Shown piece by piece: positions 18,496 to 28,867 of a DNA stretch of 64,000 nucleotides (within the stretch, counting starts at the first letter, position 1; every line of letters starts with the position of its first letter). Source of the stretch: an uncultured Eubacteriales bacterium. GTDB lineage: Bacteria > Acidobacteriota > Aminicenantia > Aminicenantales > Saccharicenantaceae. The stretch lies in the NCBI GenBank assembly GCA_964423315.1, contig CAYREO010000001.1, positions 20,629-84,628 of the forward strand. Reading direction: 5' to 3'. The notes beneath the pieces are model-generated. The model had not been told where the DNA came from and did no database searches. It saw only the letters and a list, made by a program, of their open reading frames with translations. A program made the position numbers and the translations under genes.

Positions 18496-19686
18496 ATGGT
18501 GACGATGACAACGACACTCAAAAGAACGGTTTGGCTCCTGATCCTCGTCCTCATTCTGGTTCCGGCCCTATCCTGCAAGAAGAAAAGCGCCGGCCCGACG
18601 CCCGGAAACAACAATTCCGCCGCGGCGGCCGTCCAGACCAAACCCGGCTCCCCCGACGCCAAGTTCCCACCCGGCGCCAAACGGCCCGGCGGCGAGCCCG
18701 ACCTGGAAGCCCTGCCCGTGAACGTCGAGAGCATCCGGCGTCAGGCCCTCAACTCCTATGTCGTTCTCAACGGCATCGTCGAGCCTCAGCGCAAGGTCGA
18801 GGTCTTCGCCCGCCTGTCGGCTTACGTCCGGCAGATCGTCAAGGAGGAAGGGGCCTTCGTCAAGGAAGGCGATATCCTGGCCGTCCTCGACGATACCGAG
18901 ATCCGCATCAGCCACGAGCAGGCCCGCATCGCCCTCGACCAGGCTAAGCTCAGCCTCGACGAGGCGGAGCAGAACCTCGTCCGGGCCGAAGAGCTGTTCA
19001 AGAGGGAGCTCATTTCCGAACAGGAATTCCAGTCCCAGGACGCGGCCCACAAGCAGCGCCAGCTCGACTTCAAGAACCGCGAGCAGAACTTCCAGAACCT
19101 CGAGCTCCAGCTCGGTTGGACCCGCATCCGGGCCAACTCGGAAGGCTACATCACGGAGCGGCTCATCGAGGTCGGGGCCCGCGTCAACGCCAACCAGCAG
19201 GTTTACACCATCGAGGACTTCAACCCCCTGCTCGTCCGGGTCTTCGTGCCCACGGCCGACGCCATCCAGCTCAAGACGGCGATGCCGGCATCGGTCTCGA
19301 CCGAAGTCGTCAGGGACAGGACCTTCCCGGGCCGGGTGACCATCATCAACCCCCGCATCGACGTCCAGACCGGGACCGTCCGGGTCACGGTCGAGGCCTA
19401 TGACGAGAGCATGACCCTCAAGCCCGGCATGTTCGTCCAGGTCCGCATCGCGGTCGGCCAGAAGGACAACGTCCTCGTCATCCCGCGCAAGGCCATCCTC
19501 TACCGGCAAAACAAGACCTACGCCTTCGTCGTCGACGGCGGCCGGGCGGCCCAGCGCGAGATCGTCCTCGGCCTGACCGAAGAGGACCTGGCCGAGGTCA
19601 CGAGCGGCCTCGAGGGCGGCGAGACCATCGTCTCCGTCGGGGTCGAGAACCTCCGCGACGGCCAGAGGGTCGAAGTCCTCCAATGA
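18496..19686 (+). CDS. RND efflux periplasmic adaptor (membrane fusion protein, HlyD/AcrA family), lipoprotein
   Basis: Lipobox (LVPALSC), coiled-coil region (EQNLVRAEELFKRELISEQEFQSQDAAHKQRQLDFKNREQNFQNLELQL) and a beta-barrel/lipoyl C-terminus. Its stop overlaps the next gene (ATGA). Confidence 0.8.
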   Translation: MVTMTTTLKRTVWLLILVLILVPALSCKKKSAGPTPGNNNSAAAAVQTKPGSPDAKFPPGAKRPGGEPDLEALPVNVESIRRQALNSYVVLNGIVEPQRKVEVFARLSAYVRQIVKEEGAFVKEGDILAVLDDTEIRISHEQARIALDQAKLSLDEAEQNLVRAEELFKRELISEQEFQSQDAAHKQRQLDFKNREQNFQNLELQLGWTRIRANSEGYITERLIEVGARVNANQQVYTIEDFNPLLVRVFVPTADAIQLKTAMPASVSTEVVRDRTFPGRVTIINPRIDVQTGTVRVTVEAYDESMTLKPGMFVQVRIAVGQKDNVLVIPRKAILYRQNKTYAFVVDGGRAAQREIVLGLTEEDLAEVTSGLEGGETIVSVGVENLRDGQRVEVLQ

Positions 19687-22600
19687 AGATCGTCCGTTTC
19701 TCCATCAACCGCCCCGTCTCGGTGTTCATGTTCACCGTGGCGGCCCTCATCTTCGGCTTCATCTCCTACTCCCGGCTGACCCTCAACCTCCTGCCGAAGA
19801 TCTCCTACCCGACCCTGACGGTGCGCACGGAATACCCGGGCACGGCCCCCTCGGAGATCGAGAACATCGTCTCCAAGCCCATCGAGGAGACCTGCGGCGT
19901 CGTCGACAACGTCATCCGCATCTCCTCGGTCTCGCGGGCCGAGCTGTCGGAGGTGACGATCGAGTTCGCCTGGCACACGAACATGGACTTCGCGACCCTC
20001 AAGGTCCGCGAGAAGCTCGACCTCCTGCGGCTCCCCGTCGGGGCCACGAAGCCGGTCATCCTGCGCTACGACCCCAACCAGGAGCCGGTCATGAAGATCG
20101 GCATCGTCGGCGACGCCGAGCTGGCCTACATCCGCTACATCGCCGAGCGCGAGGTCAAACAGGCCTTGGAGAGCATCGAGGGCGTGGCCGCCTGCTCCAT
20201 CTCGGGGGGCCTCGAGGACGAGATCCATATCGACATCGACGAGCGCAAGCTCAGCCTCCTCAACATCCCCATCGCGACCGTCGCCAACCGGCTGGCCCAG
20301 GAGAACGTCGACCTTTCGGCCGGGATCCTCAAGCAGCAGGATACGCAGTACCTGGTCCGGACCGTCAACCAGTTCCGAGACGTCGAGGAGATCAAGGGCA
20401 TCATCATCGAGAAGCGGGGCGACATCCAGATCACCCTCGGCAGCGTCGCCGACGTCTTCCGCGGCTACAAAGAGCGCAAGGTCATCTCCCGCATCAACGG
20501 CCGGGAATGCATCGAGGCCGCCATCTATCGGGCCGCCGACGCCAACACGGTGTCCGTGGCCGACGCCGTCAACGAGCGGCTCAGGGCCGTCCACCAGAAC
20601 ATCCTCAGGCCCCGGGGCCTGGATTTCGTCGTCATCACCAACCAGTCGAAGTTCATCAAGAGCACCATCGACCAGGTCAAGTCGACGGCCCTCATCGGCG
20701 GCATCCTGGCCGTCCTCGTCCTGCTCTACTTCCTCAAGAACATCCGGAGCACGCTGATCATCGGGACGGCCATCCCCGTCTCGGTCGTCATCACCTTCTT
20801 CTTGATGTTCTCCTCCAACATCTCCCTGAACATCATCTCCCTGGGCGGCCTGGCCCTGGGCATCGGGATGCTCGTCGACAACTCCATCGTCGTCCTGGAA
20901 GCCATCCAGCGCTACCGAGACGCCGGCCACGGAGGCGCCGACGCCGCCTACAAGGGCACGACCGAGGTCGCCGGGGCCGTCACGGCCTCGACCCTGACGA
21001 CCGTGGCCGTGTTCTTCCCCATCGTCTTCGTCGAGGGCATCGCCGGCCAGCTGTTCAAGGACATGGCCCTGACCGTGACCTTCTCGCTGCTCGCCTCCCT
21101 CATCGTCTCCCTGACCGTCGTCCCCATGCTGGCCTCCTCGATGCAGCGCGACAACCCGCGCCCGATCGTCGCCAATGTCCTGAAATTCGTCTTCCGGCCG
21201 CTCGACAGGCTCTACGACCGCGTCCTCGACGCCTATAAGCGCTTCCAGGACGTCTCGTTCAAGCGCCGCCGGGTGATCGTCGCCGTCGTCTTCGTCCTGT
21301 TCGCCGGGGCCGTCTTCGGGACCCGGTTCATGGGTCAGGAGCTCATCCCGATGATCTCCCAGGGCGAGCTCGTCATCAACGTCGAGTTCCCCCCGGGCAC
21401 GGCCCTCAAGGAGAACCAGGCCGTCATGTCCGAGATCTCCGACATCCTCAAGACCTACCCGGAGATCGAGAGCGTTTACGAGCTCATCGGCAAGGGCTCG
21501 CGGGGGGGCATCTCCTTCCAGGAGGAGATGGAGAACCTCTCGGAGTTCACCGTCCGGCTCACCCCCGGCATCCTCGGCAAGGCCGAGGACCGGATCATGG
21601 ACCGCATCCGCCTCGACCTCGAGAGGTTCCCAACGGCCCAGATCAAGGTCACCAAGCCCCGGCTGTTCTCCTTCAAGGCCCCCCTCGAGATCGTCATCTC
21701 CGGGACCGACCTCGACCGCATCAAGGAGAACTCCGACCGTCTCCTGGAGCTCCTCCGGGGCATCGACGGCCTCATCGACCTGAAGTCCAGCATGGAGGAG
21801 GGCTATCCGGAAATCCAGATCATCTTCAACCGGGCCCTTCTGGCCTCCCAGAACATGACCATCAACTCCGTCGGCTCCCAGCTGCGGAACAAGATCGAGG
21901 GCGAGATCGCCACGCGGTTCATCGAGAGCGACCGGGAGGTCGACATCCGCGTGCGGCTCTCCGAGGACTACCGCGACCGGGTCGAGAAGATCGAGCGCAT
22001 CACCATCCGCAACGGCCTGGGCGTCATGGTCCCCCTCAAGTCGCTGGCCGCCATCCAGATCAAGGAGGGCCCGGCCGAGATCCGCCGCATCCTCCAGCAG
22101 AAATCGGCCGTCCTGACGGCCAACCTCTCGGGCATCTCCCTCGACGAGGCCGAGAAAAGGGTCATGGCCGCGGCCGCGACCATCCCCAAGTCCGCCGACT
22201 GCTCGATCTATCTGGCCGGGCAGAGCCAGGAGCAGGATGTGGCTTTTTCGTCCATGATCTTCGCCATTTTCCTGGCCGTGTTCCTCGTCTACCTCGTCAT
22301 GGCCTCCCAGTTCGAGTCGTTCAAGAAGCCGTTCATCATCATGTTCACGATCCCCATGGGCATCATCGGCGTCGTGGCCGTCGGCTTGGCCTCCGGGATG
22401 TCCATCAACGTCATCGTCCTCATCGGCCTGATCATCCTGTCGGGTATCATCGTCAACAACGCCATTGTCCTCGTCGACTACATCGGCCAGCTCCAGAACC
22501 AAGGCCTGCCCAAGCGCGAGGCCATCAAGACCGCAGCCCAGGTCCGCTGGCGGCCCATCCTCATGACGACCATCACGACCGTCCTCGGCCTGACCCCTAT

Positions 22601-22829
22601 GGCCCTGGACTACAACGAGGGCTTCGAGATCCGCATCCCGCTGGCCCTGACCCTCATCGGCGGCCTCATCTTCGGGACCTTCCTGACCTTGGTCTTCATC
22701 CCTCTCGTCTACGACAAGGTCGTCCGTGAGCCCCGGCCGGGCGAAGCCGCCGTGGGGCGGTTCTTGGGCCTCCTCAAGAGCGCCAAGAAGGCCTTGACGA
22801 CCGCCAAGCCGCGGAGGACGGAGACATGA
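19683..22829 (+). CDS. RND efflux permease (HAE1/AcrB-MdtB-like), subunit 1
   Basis: 1048 aa with 12-TM RND topology and two large periplasmic loops. N-terminal MKIVRFSINRPVSVFMFTVAALIFGFISYSRL is a typical RND TM1. Confidence 0.85.
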   Translation: MKIVRFSINRPVSVFMFTVAALIFGFISYSRLTLNLLPKISYPTLTVRTEYPGTAPSEIENIVSKPIEETCGVVDNVIRISSVSRAELSEVTIEFAWHTNMDFATLKVREKLDLLRLPVGATKPVILRYDPNQEPVMKIGIVGDAELAYIRYIAEREVKQALESIEGVAACSISGGLEDEIHIDIDERKLSLLNIPIATVANRLAQENVDLSAGILKQQDTQYLVRTVNQFRDVEEIKGIIIEKRGDIQITLGSVADVFRGYKERKVISRINGRECIEAAIYRAADANTVSVADAVNERLRAVHQNILRPRGLDFVVITNQSKFIKSTIDQVKSTALIGGILAVLVLLYFLKNIRSTLIIGTAIPVSVVITFFLMFSSNISLNIISLGGLALGIGMLVDNSIVVLEAIQRYRDAGHGGADAAYKGTTEVAGAVTASTLTTVAVFFPIVFVEGIAGQLFKDMALTVTFSLLASLIVSLTVVPMLASSMQRDNPRPIVANVLKFVFRPLDRLYDRVLDAYKRFQDVSFKRRRVIVAVVFVLFAGAVFGTRFMGQELIPMISQGELVINVEFPPGTALKENQAVMSEISDILKTYPEIESVYELIGKGSRGGISFQEEMENLSEFTVRLTPGILGKAEDRIMDRIRLDLERFPTAQIKVTKPRLFSFKAPLEIVISGTDLDRIKENSDRLLELLRGIDGLIDLKSSMEEGYPEIQIIFNRALLASQNMTINSVGSQLRNKIEGEIATRFIESDREVDIRVRLSEDYRDRVEKIERITIRNGLGVMVPLKSLAAIQIKEGPAEIRRILQQKSAVLTANLSGISLDEAEKRVMAAAATIPKSADCSIYLAGQSQEQDVAFSSMIFAIFLAVFLVYLVMASQFESFKKPFIIMFTIPMGIIGVVAVGLASGMSINVIVLIGLIILSGIIVNNAIVLVDYIGQLQNQGLPKREAIKTAAQVRWRPILMTTITTVLGLTPMALDYNEGFEIRIPLALTLIGGLIFGTFLTLVFIPLVYDKVVREPRPGEAAVGRFLGLLKSAKKALTTAKPRRTET

Positions 22830-25800
22830 ACATCTCCGAGTTCGCCGTCAAGAGACCCGTCTCGATCATCGTCTTCATGCTCATCTTCCTGACCATCGGC
22901 GTCATCTCGCTGCTCCGCCTGCCGCTCGAGCTCATGCCCGACACCTCCTTTCCCGGCCTGATGGTCATGATCCCGTATCCCTCCTCGTCCCCCGAGGAGG
23001 TCGAGCGGACCATCACCCGCCCCGTCGAGGACATGCTGGCGACCGTCAACAACCTCGATACGCTGAGCTCGACGTCCTCGGCCTCCTCCTCCTCGATCCA
23101 CCTCCAGTTCAAGACGGGCACGAACATGGACATGGCCTCGATGCAGGTCCGGGACAAGATCGACCAGATCCGCGGCAACCTGCCCCGCGACATCGAGACC
23201 ATCCGCATCCGCCGGTTCTCCATGAACGATCGGCCGGTCATCAACTTCAGCGTCTCCCTGGCCGGCGACCTCGACGACCTGTTCTACTGGTCGGAGAACT
23301 ACATCATGCAGCAGCTCGAGCGGATCGAGGGCGTGGCCAACGTCGACATCCGCGGCATCCGCAACAAGGTCCTCAACATCTACCTCAAGCCGGAGATCTT
23401 CTACTCCTCGTCCATCCGGATCAGCGACCTGACCGACACCATCCGCAACAACAACGTCAACGTCTCGGCCGGCTACATCGAGGACGGCCCCGTCCGATAC
23501 GCGGCCCGCGTCCCCGGCGAGCTGAAGATCCTCGACGACGTCCAGAGCCTGCCCGTCAGCGACAAGGGGCTGACCATCGGCGACGTCGCCCGGGTCACGT
23601 ACGACTACCCGCCCAAGGAGGACTTCAACCGCCTGAACGGCCGGGAGACCGTGCGCTTCGAGATCTACAGGGCCTCCAACGCCAACATCGTCGACGTCTG
23701 CAACCAGGTCAAGGCGACCATGGCCCGCATCCGGACGACCGAGCCGGCCCTCCACGACATGAACGTCGTCTATTACCGCGACCAGTCCGAGGAGATCCTC
23801 CGGAGCCTCAAGGACCTGTCCTGGTCGGGGGCCATCGGCGGCATCTGCGCCGTCCTCATCCTCCTGTTCTTCCTGCGCAAGTTCCAGTCGACGGTCATCA
23901 TCGCCATCGCCATCCCCATGGCCATGGTCTTCACCTTCAGCCTCATGTACCTGGCCCGGACCATCTTCCGGGCCAACATCACCATCAACGTCATCTCGCT
24001 CAGCGGGCTGATGATGGCCGTGGGCATGCTCGTTGACAACAGCGTCGTCGTCCTCGAGAACATTTTCCGCCTGCGCCAGGAAAAGGGGCTCCCGCCGATG
24101 AAGGCCTCCCTCCAGGGAGCCGGCGAGGTCGTCCAGGCCGTCACCGCCGCGACCCTCTCGACCCTGGTCGTCTTCGTCTCTCTGGGCTTCATGTCGGGGT
24201 CCGGGTTCGGACGGTTCATGCAGGACTTCGCCTTGACCATCTCATTGGCCCTCATCGCCTCGCTCCTCGTCTCCCTGTCCTTCATCCCCCTGGCCGCCAG
24301 CCGCTTCTTCACGGGCAGGACGAGAGAGAAGGCCCGCTGGCTGGTCAGGCTGACTCGGGTCTACGAGAAGATCATCGGCTTCACGATCAAGACGACCTGG
24401 CACAAGCTCGCCGTCGTCGGGTTGGCCATCCTGATCTTCATCTCCTCCTTCGTGATGCTCCGGAGCGTCGAGCGGGAGTTCATGTTCGGAGGGGAAGAGC
24501 GCGAGGTCAGCCTCTCGGTCTACATGCCCCGCTCCTACACCTTGGACCAGATGAACCAGTTGTTCACGCGGTTCGAGGACATCATCCTCAGCCGTAAGGA
24601 GGAGTTCGCCCTCAAGCACATGACCGTCGACTTCGGCGTCCGGAACATGAGGCAGGGACGGTTCCGCGGCTCCATCAACCTGTCCCTCGAGGACAGGGGG
24701 CCTTCGGTGGCCGAGGTCCGTGACAAGCTGAAGGCCCTGCTCCCCAAGGAGGCCGGCATCCTCTACGAATACGGGGAGCGGTTCGGCCGTGGCGGCTTCG
24801 GCCGGGGGACCTCCGTGGACCTCGTCGGGCTGGACTACACGACGCTGACGGAGCTGGCCCCGATGGTCATCGAGCGGCTGCGCACGGTGCCCAACGTCGA
24901 GGACGTGACCTCCGACCTCGAGGGCGGCGACACCCAGCTCCTCCTCCAGGTCGACCGCTCGCGGGCCGAGAACCTCGGCGTCAGCAGCCGGATGATCGCC
25001 CAGACCGTCTCCCAGTCCCTCTCGGACCGGGCCATCGGCAAGTTCAAGACCGAGAACCGCGAGATCGACATCATCCTGAAGATCCAGGGCGAGGACGGCT
25101 TCAGCGAGGAGGACCTCCGGAACATCAGCCTGAGGACCCGCGACAAGTCCGTGCCCATCTCGGCCATCTCGACGATGTCCTACCGGGTCGGCTCGACCTC
25201 GATCCGCAAGGAGAACAAGAAATCCAAGCTCTCCATCCGGGTCAACACGAGGACCCAGGGCATGATGGCCCTGACGGCCGACATCCAGAAGGTCATGAGC
25301 ACGATCGAGTTCCCCGACGGCTACACCTGGAGCATGGGCGAGGGCTTCCGGCGATTCCAGCAATCGCAGGGGGAATCGACCCTGGCCATCGTTCTGGCCC
25401 TGCTTTTCATCTATATCATCATGTCGTCGCTGTTCGAGTCGTTCATCTACCCGTTCACGATCCTGCTGATCGTGCCGCCGGCCATTTTCGGCGTGGCCGT
25501 GATGTTCAAGCTGACCAATATCACCTTGAATACGACCTCCTACCTGGGGCTGCTGACGCTGTTCGGGATCGTCGTCAATAACGGCATCATCCTCATCCAT
25601 CACATCCGGACGCTCCGTTCGCAGGGCATGGGCAAGAACGCGGCCATCATCCAGGGCGGCAAGGACCGCATCCGGCCGATCATCATGACGGCCATCACGA
25701 CCATATTCGGCGTCCTGCCGCTGGCCCTGCCCTACATGCTGCCCCAGCTCTTCCAGGGGGTGGGCCAGAGGGCCGCGATGTGGGCCCCCATCTCGGTGGC

Positions 25801-25963
25801 CATCGTCGGGGGCCTGACGACGTCGACCTTCTTCACCTTGATCTTCCTGCCGACCTTCTACTCTCTCGCGGATACCGTGGCCGGGGCCGTCAAGCGGACG
25901 CTGCGCTTCAAGTCGTCGAGGATCGATCTCCCGGCCCCGCCGATGCCGACCGACGCGGGTTGA
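22826..25963 (+). CDS. RND efflux permease (HAE1/AcrB-MdtC-like), subunit 2
   Basis: 1045 aa; MNISEFAVKRPVSIIVFMLIFLTIGVISLLRL is paralogous to the preceding gene. The ATGA overlap suggests a heteromeric MdtBC-like pair. Confidence 0.85.
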   Translation: MNISEFAVKRPVSIIVFMLIFLTIGVISLLRLPLELMPDTSFPGLMVMIPYPSSSPEEVERTITRPVEDMLATVNNLDTLSSTSSASSSSIHLQFKTGTNMDMASMQVRDKIDQIRGNLPRDIETIRIRRFSMNDRPVINFSVSLAGDLDDLFYWSENYIMQQLERIEGVANVDIRGIRNKVLNIYLKPEIFYSSSIRISDLTDTIRNNNVNVSAGYIEDGPVRYAARVPGELKILDDVQSLPVSDKGLTIGDVARVTYDYPPKEDFNRLNGRETVRFEIYRASNANIVDVCNQVKATMARIRTTEPALHDMNVVYYRDQSEEILRSLKDLSWSGAIGGICAVLILLFFLRKFQSTVIIAIAIPMAMVFTFSLMYLARTIFRANITINVISLSGLMMAVGMLVDNSVVVLENIFRLRQEKGLPPMKASLQGAGEVVQAVTAATLSTLVVFVSLGFMSGSGFGRFMQDFALTISLALIASLLVSLSFIPLAASRFFTGRTREKARWLVRLTRVYEKIIGFTIKTTWHKLAVVGLAILIFISSFVMLRSVEREFMFGGEEREVSLSVYMPRSYTLDQMNQLFTRFEDIILSRKEEFALKHMTVDFGVRNMRQGRFRGSINLSLEDRGPSVAEVRDKLKALLPKEAGILYEYGERFGRGGFGRGTSVDLVGLDYTTLTELAPMVIERLRTVPNVEDVTSDLEGGDTQLLLQVDRSRAENLGVSSRMIAQTVSQSLSDRAIGKFKTENREIDIILKIQGEDGFSEEDLRNISLRTRDKSVPISAISTMSYRVGSTSIRKENKKSKLSIRVNTRTQGMMALTADIQKVMSTIEFPDGYTWSMGEGFRRFQQSQGESTLAIVLALLFIYIIMSSLFESFIYPFTILLIVPPAIFGVAVMFKLTNITLNTTSYLGLLTLFGIVVNNGIILIHHIRTLRSQGMGKNAAIIQGGKDRIRPIIMTAITTIFGVLPLALPYMLPQLFQGVGQRAAMWAPISVAIVGGLTTSTFFTLIFLPTFYSLADTVAGAVKRTLRFKSSRIDLPAPPMPTDAG

Positions 25964-26037
25964 AAATCGGACCGCGTTCTCCCATAATAGGGCCGCCTTG
26001 AAACACGTTCCACGAGGGCTTATTCCGCGCCGATCCC

Positions 26038-27174
26038 GTGGGGAGCCGTCCGCCGTTGTCTGAGTTCCTCGAGTTCCGGCGGGTATCGAAGAGCTTCGGC
26101 GCCGTCCGGGCCGTGGACGACGTTTCGTTGGAGATCCGGAAAGGCGAGTTCCACTCGCTCCTCGGGCCGAGCGGCTGCGGCAAGACGACCATGCTCCGGC
26201 TGGCCGCGGGCTTCGAGACCCCCGACACCGGGCGGATCTTCCTCGACGGCCGGGACATCACGGACCTGCCGCCGGACAAGCGCCCCGTCAACACGATCTT
26301 CCAGAGCTACGCCCTGTTCCCCCACCTGACCGTGCGAGACAACATCGCCTTCGGCCTGACGGTGGCCAAACGGCCGAAAAAGGAGATCCGGGAGGAGGTC
26401 GACCGGATGCTCCGCCTCATCCACATGGAGGACCAGGGCGGCAAGAAGCCCGGACAGCTTTCGGGCGGCCAGAAGCAGCGGGTCGCCGTGGCCCGGGCCC
26501 TCGTCAACAAGCCCCAGGTCCTGCTCCTCGACGAGCCGCTGGCCGCGCTCGATCTCAAGCTGCGGCAGAGGATGCTCATCGAGCTCGACCTCGTCCACGA
26601 CGAGGTCGGGATCACGTTCCTCTACGTCACCCATGACCAGGCCGAGGCGATGAGCCTGAGCGACCGCATCGCGGTCATGGACGGCGGCCGCATCGAGCAG
26701 GTCGGGTCGCCCGCCGAGATCTACGAGTCGCCCCGGACAGGGTTCGTGGCGGCTTTCATCGGCGACACGAATTTCCTGGAAGCGCGGGTCCTGGACGGCC
26801 CGGAGGCCGACTATTGCCGGCTGGAGATCGCCGGGCTGACCGGGGCCGTGTCCTACAACGACCGGCCGGTCCGGGCGGGCCAGGAGATCCTCCTCAGCGT
26901 GCGGCCCGAGAAGATCCGCATCGGTCACGACCGGCCGGAGAACGAGCCGCGGAAGAACGCCTTCCCGGCCGAGGTCGAGGACGTCATCTATGTCGGGGCG
27001 GCGACGAAGTACTGGGTCCGGGTTGGGGGCCATCGCCTCCAGGTCCTGCGGCAGCACGCCCGGCATTATTTCGACGACCGGCCGATCCGCTGGAACGACC
27101 GGGTCTGGATCTCGTGGCACGCCGACGACGGCTTCCTGCTGGATAAGATCGATGGGGTCAAATACCGACAATGA
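26038..27174 (+). CDS. potA: Spermidine/putrescine ABC transporter ATP-binding protein
   Basis: Walker A GPSGCGKTT, signature LSGGQKQRVAVARAL and Walker B LLLDEPLAALD, with a C-terminal TOBE-like domain. Confidence 0.85.
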   Translation: MGSRPPLSEFLEFRRVSKSFGAVRAVDDVSLEIRKGEFHSLLGPSGCGKTTMLRLAAGFETPDTGRIFLDGRDITDLPPDKRPVNTIFQSYALFPHLTVRDNIAFGLTVAKRPKKEIREEVDRMLRLIHMEDQGGKKPGQLSGGQKQRVAVARALVNKPQVLLLDEPLAALDLKLRQRMLIELDLVHDEVGITFLYVTHDQAEAMSLSDRIAVMDGGRIEQVGSPAEIYESPRTGFVAAFIGDTNFLEARVLDGPEADYCRLEIAGLTGAVSYNDRPVRAGQEILLSVRPEKIRIGHDRPENEPRKNAFPAEVEDVIYVGAATKYWVRVGGHRLQVLRQHARHYFDDRPIRWNDRVWISWHADDGFLLDKIDGVKYRQ

Positions 27175-28097
27175 TATATCGGCGGAGCCACGCCCGTCGG
27201 GACCCGGACATGCGTCATTGTGGAGATTTGACACCTAAGCGGCGGGCCGAGTGGCTCGTATCGCTGCCGACGCTCGTCTGGCTGACCGTGTTCCTGGTCG
27301 TCCCGACGGCCCTCATCTTCGTCCTGGCTTTCCGGCCGGCCAATCCCTACGGCGGCATCGGGAGCGGCTGGACGCTCGAGACCGTGCGGGCGCTTTGGAC
27401 GCCGGGAAACCTGGTCATCGCCTGGCGGACGCTGTGGATCAGCCTGCTGACGACGGCGATCTGCCTCGTCCTGGCCGTGCCGACGGGGTACGCGATCGCC
27501 CGGGCCTCCGAGAAATGGCGGAACCGGCTCCTGATGCTGGTCATCCTCCCCTTCTGGACGAGCTTCCTGGTGCGCGTCTTCGCCTGGCGGTCCCTTCTTC
27601 ACCCCGAGGGGCCCATCAAGGCGATGCTCCAGGCGACGGGTCTGGCCGGGCCCGATACGATGCTCCTCTACAACCCGTCGGCGGTCGTCCTGGTCATGGT
27701 CTACACCTTCCTGCCGTTCACCATTCTGCCCATCTACGCGGCCGCCGAGAAGTTCGATTTCCGGATCGTCGAGGCCGCCCGCGACCTGGGGGCCCGGCCT
27801 TTCCAAGCGTTCCGGAAGGCGTTCCTGCCGGGCATTCGGCAGGGCTTATTGACGGCCTTCCTCGTCGTTTTCATCCCGGCGCTGGGATCCTACATCATCC
27901 CCGACCTCGTCGGAGGGCCGTCGGGCGAGATGCTCGGCAATAAAATTGCCCAGCGGGTCTTTACGGACCGCAACCTGCCGCATGCGAGCGCCCTGTCGGC
28001 CGTGCTGGTCTTGGCGGTGATGGCCCCGCTCGTCGCGGTCCTGGCGCTGCAGAGGAAGAAGAAGCGGGCCGACATCATCATGGGGGAATCGCCGTGA
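27171..28097 (+). CDS. potB: Spermidine/putrescine ABC transporter permease
   Basis: 6-TM ABC permease with the EAA-like loop (EAARDLGARPFQAFRKAFLP). The first about 20 codons overlap a repeat-arm-like sequence, so the true start may be slightly downstream. Confidence 0.75.
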   Translation: MIYRRSHARRDPDMRHCGDLTPKRRAEWLVSLPTLVWLTVFLVVPTALIFVLAFRPANPYGGIGSGWTLETVRALWTPGNLVIAWRTLWISLLTTAICLVLAVPTGYAIARASEKWRNRLLMLVILPFWTSFLVRVFAWRSLLHPEGPIKAMLQATGLAGPDTMLLYNPSAVVLVMVYTFLPFTILPIYAAAEKFDFRIVEAARDLGARPFQAFRKAFLPGIRQGLLTAFLVVFIPALGSYIIPDLVGGPSGEMLGNKIAQRVFTDRNLPHASALSAVLVLAVMAPLVAVLALQRKKKRADIIMGESP

Positions 28098-28867
28098 AGA
28101 GGAGCCGCTGGCCGGCGGTCGTCACGGTGGCCGTGCTGGCTTTCTTCTACCTTCCCATCCTTGTCCTGGTCGCGAACTCGTTCAACCCGGCCAGGTTTTC
28201 GAGCCGCTGGCAGGGCTTCTCGCTCGTCTGGTACCGGCGGCTCTTCGAATCGCCCGAGATCTGGCAGGCCCTGAAGAACACGCTCATCGTGGCCGTGACG
28301 GTCACCGCCGTCTCGGTCGTCCTCGGGACGCTGGCCGCCTTCGCCCTCCATCGCTACGCGGCGAGCCGGCTGCAGCGGGTCCACTATACGCTCGTCTACG
28401 CGCCGCTCGTCGTGCCCGAGATATTGATGGGCATCAGCCTGTTGATGGCCTTCGTGGCCGCCGGCGTGCCGCTCGGGCTGGGGACGATCATGCTGGCCCA
28501 CATCACGTTCTGCGTCAGCTTCGTGGCCATGACCGTCCTGGCCCGGCTCCAGGATTTCGATTTCTCGGTGGTCGAGGCGGCCCGGGACCTGGGAGCGGGG
28601 TGGTGGCAGAGCGTGAGGCGGGTGCTCGTGCCGATGCTCATGCCGGGCATCGCGGCCGGGGCGTTGCTGGCCTTCACGCTGTCGGTCGACGATTTCGTCA
28701 TCACCTTCTTCGTCGCCGGCCCGGGCGCGACGACCCTGCCGCTTCGCATCTACAGCATGATCAAGTTCGGGGCGCCGCCGATGATCAACGCCCTGTCGAC
28801 GCTGCTGCTCGCGGTCACCATGACGGCCGTGCTGGCCAGCCGGCGGCTGAGCCGTTCGAAAAGCTAG
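28094..28867 (+). CDS. potC: Spermidine/putrescine ABC transporter permease
   Basis: 257-aa permease with the EAA loop (VEAARDLGAGWWQSVRRVLVP). It has a 4-nt overlap with potB. Confidence 0.8.
   Translation: MKRSRWPAVVTVAVLAFFYLPILVLVANSFNPARFSSRWQGFSLVWYRRLFESPEIWQALKNTLIVAVTVTAVSVVLGTLAAFALHRYAASRLQRVHYTLVYAPLVVPEILMGISLLMAFVAAGVPLGLGTIMLAHITFCVSFVAMTVLARLQDFDFSVVEAARDLGAGWWQSVRRVLVPMLMPGIAAGALLAFTLSVDDFVITFFVAGPGATTLPLRIYSMIKFGAPPMINALSTLLLAVTMTAVLASRRLSRSKS

Noticed and set aside
19518-25603. Long minus-strand ORFs (19518..22502, 22709..23755, 24242..25603) opposite the RND permease genes
   Set aside because: Antisense shadows of strongly supported RND permeases. Asp/Gly/Glu-rich low-complexity translations.
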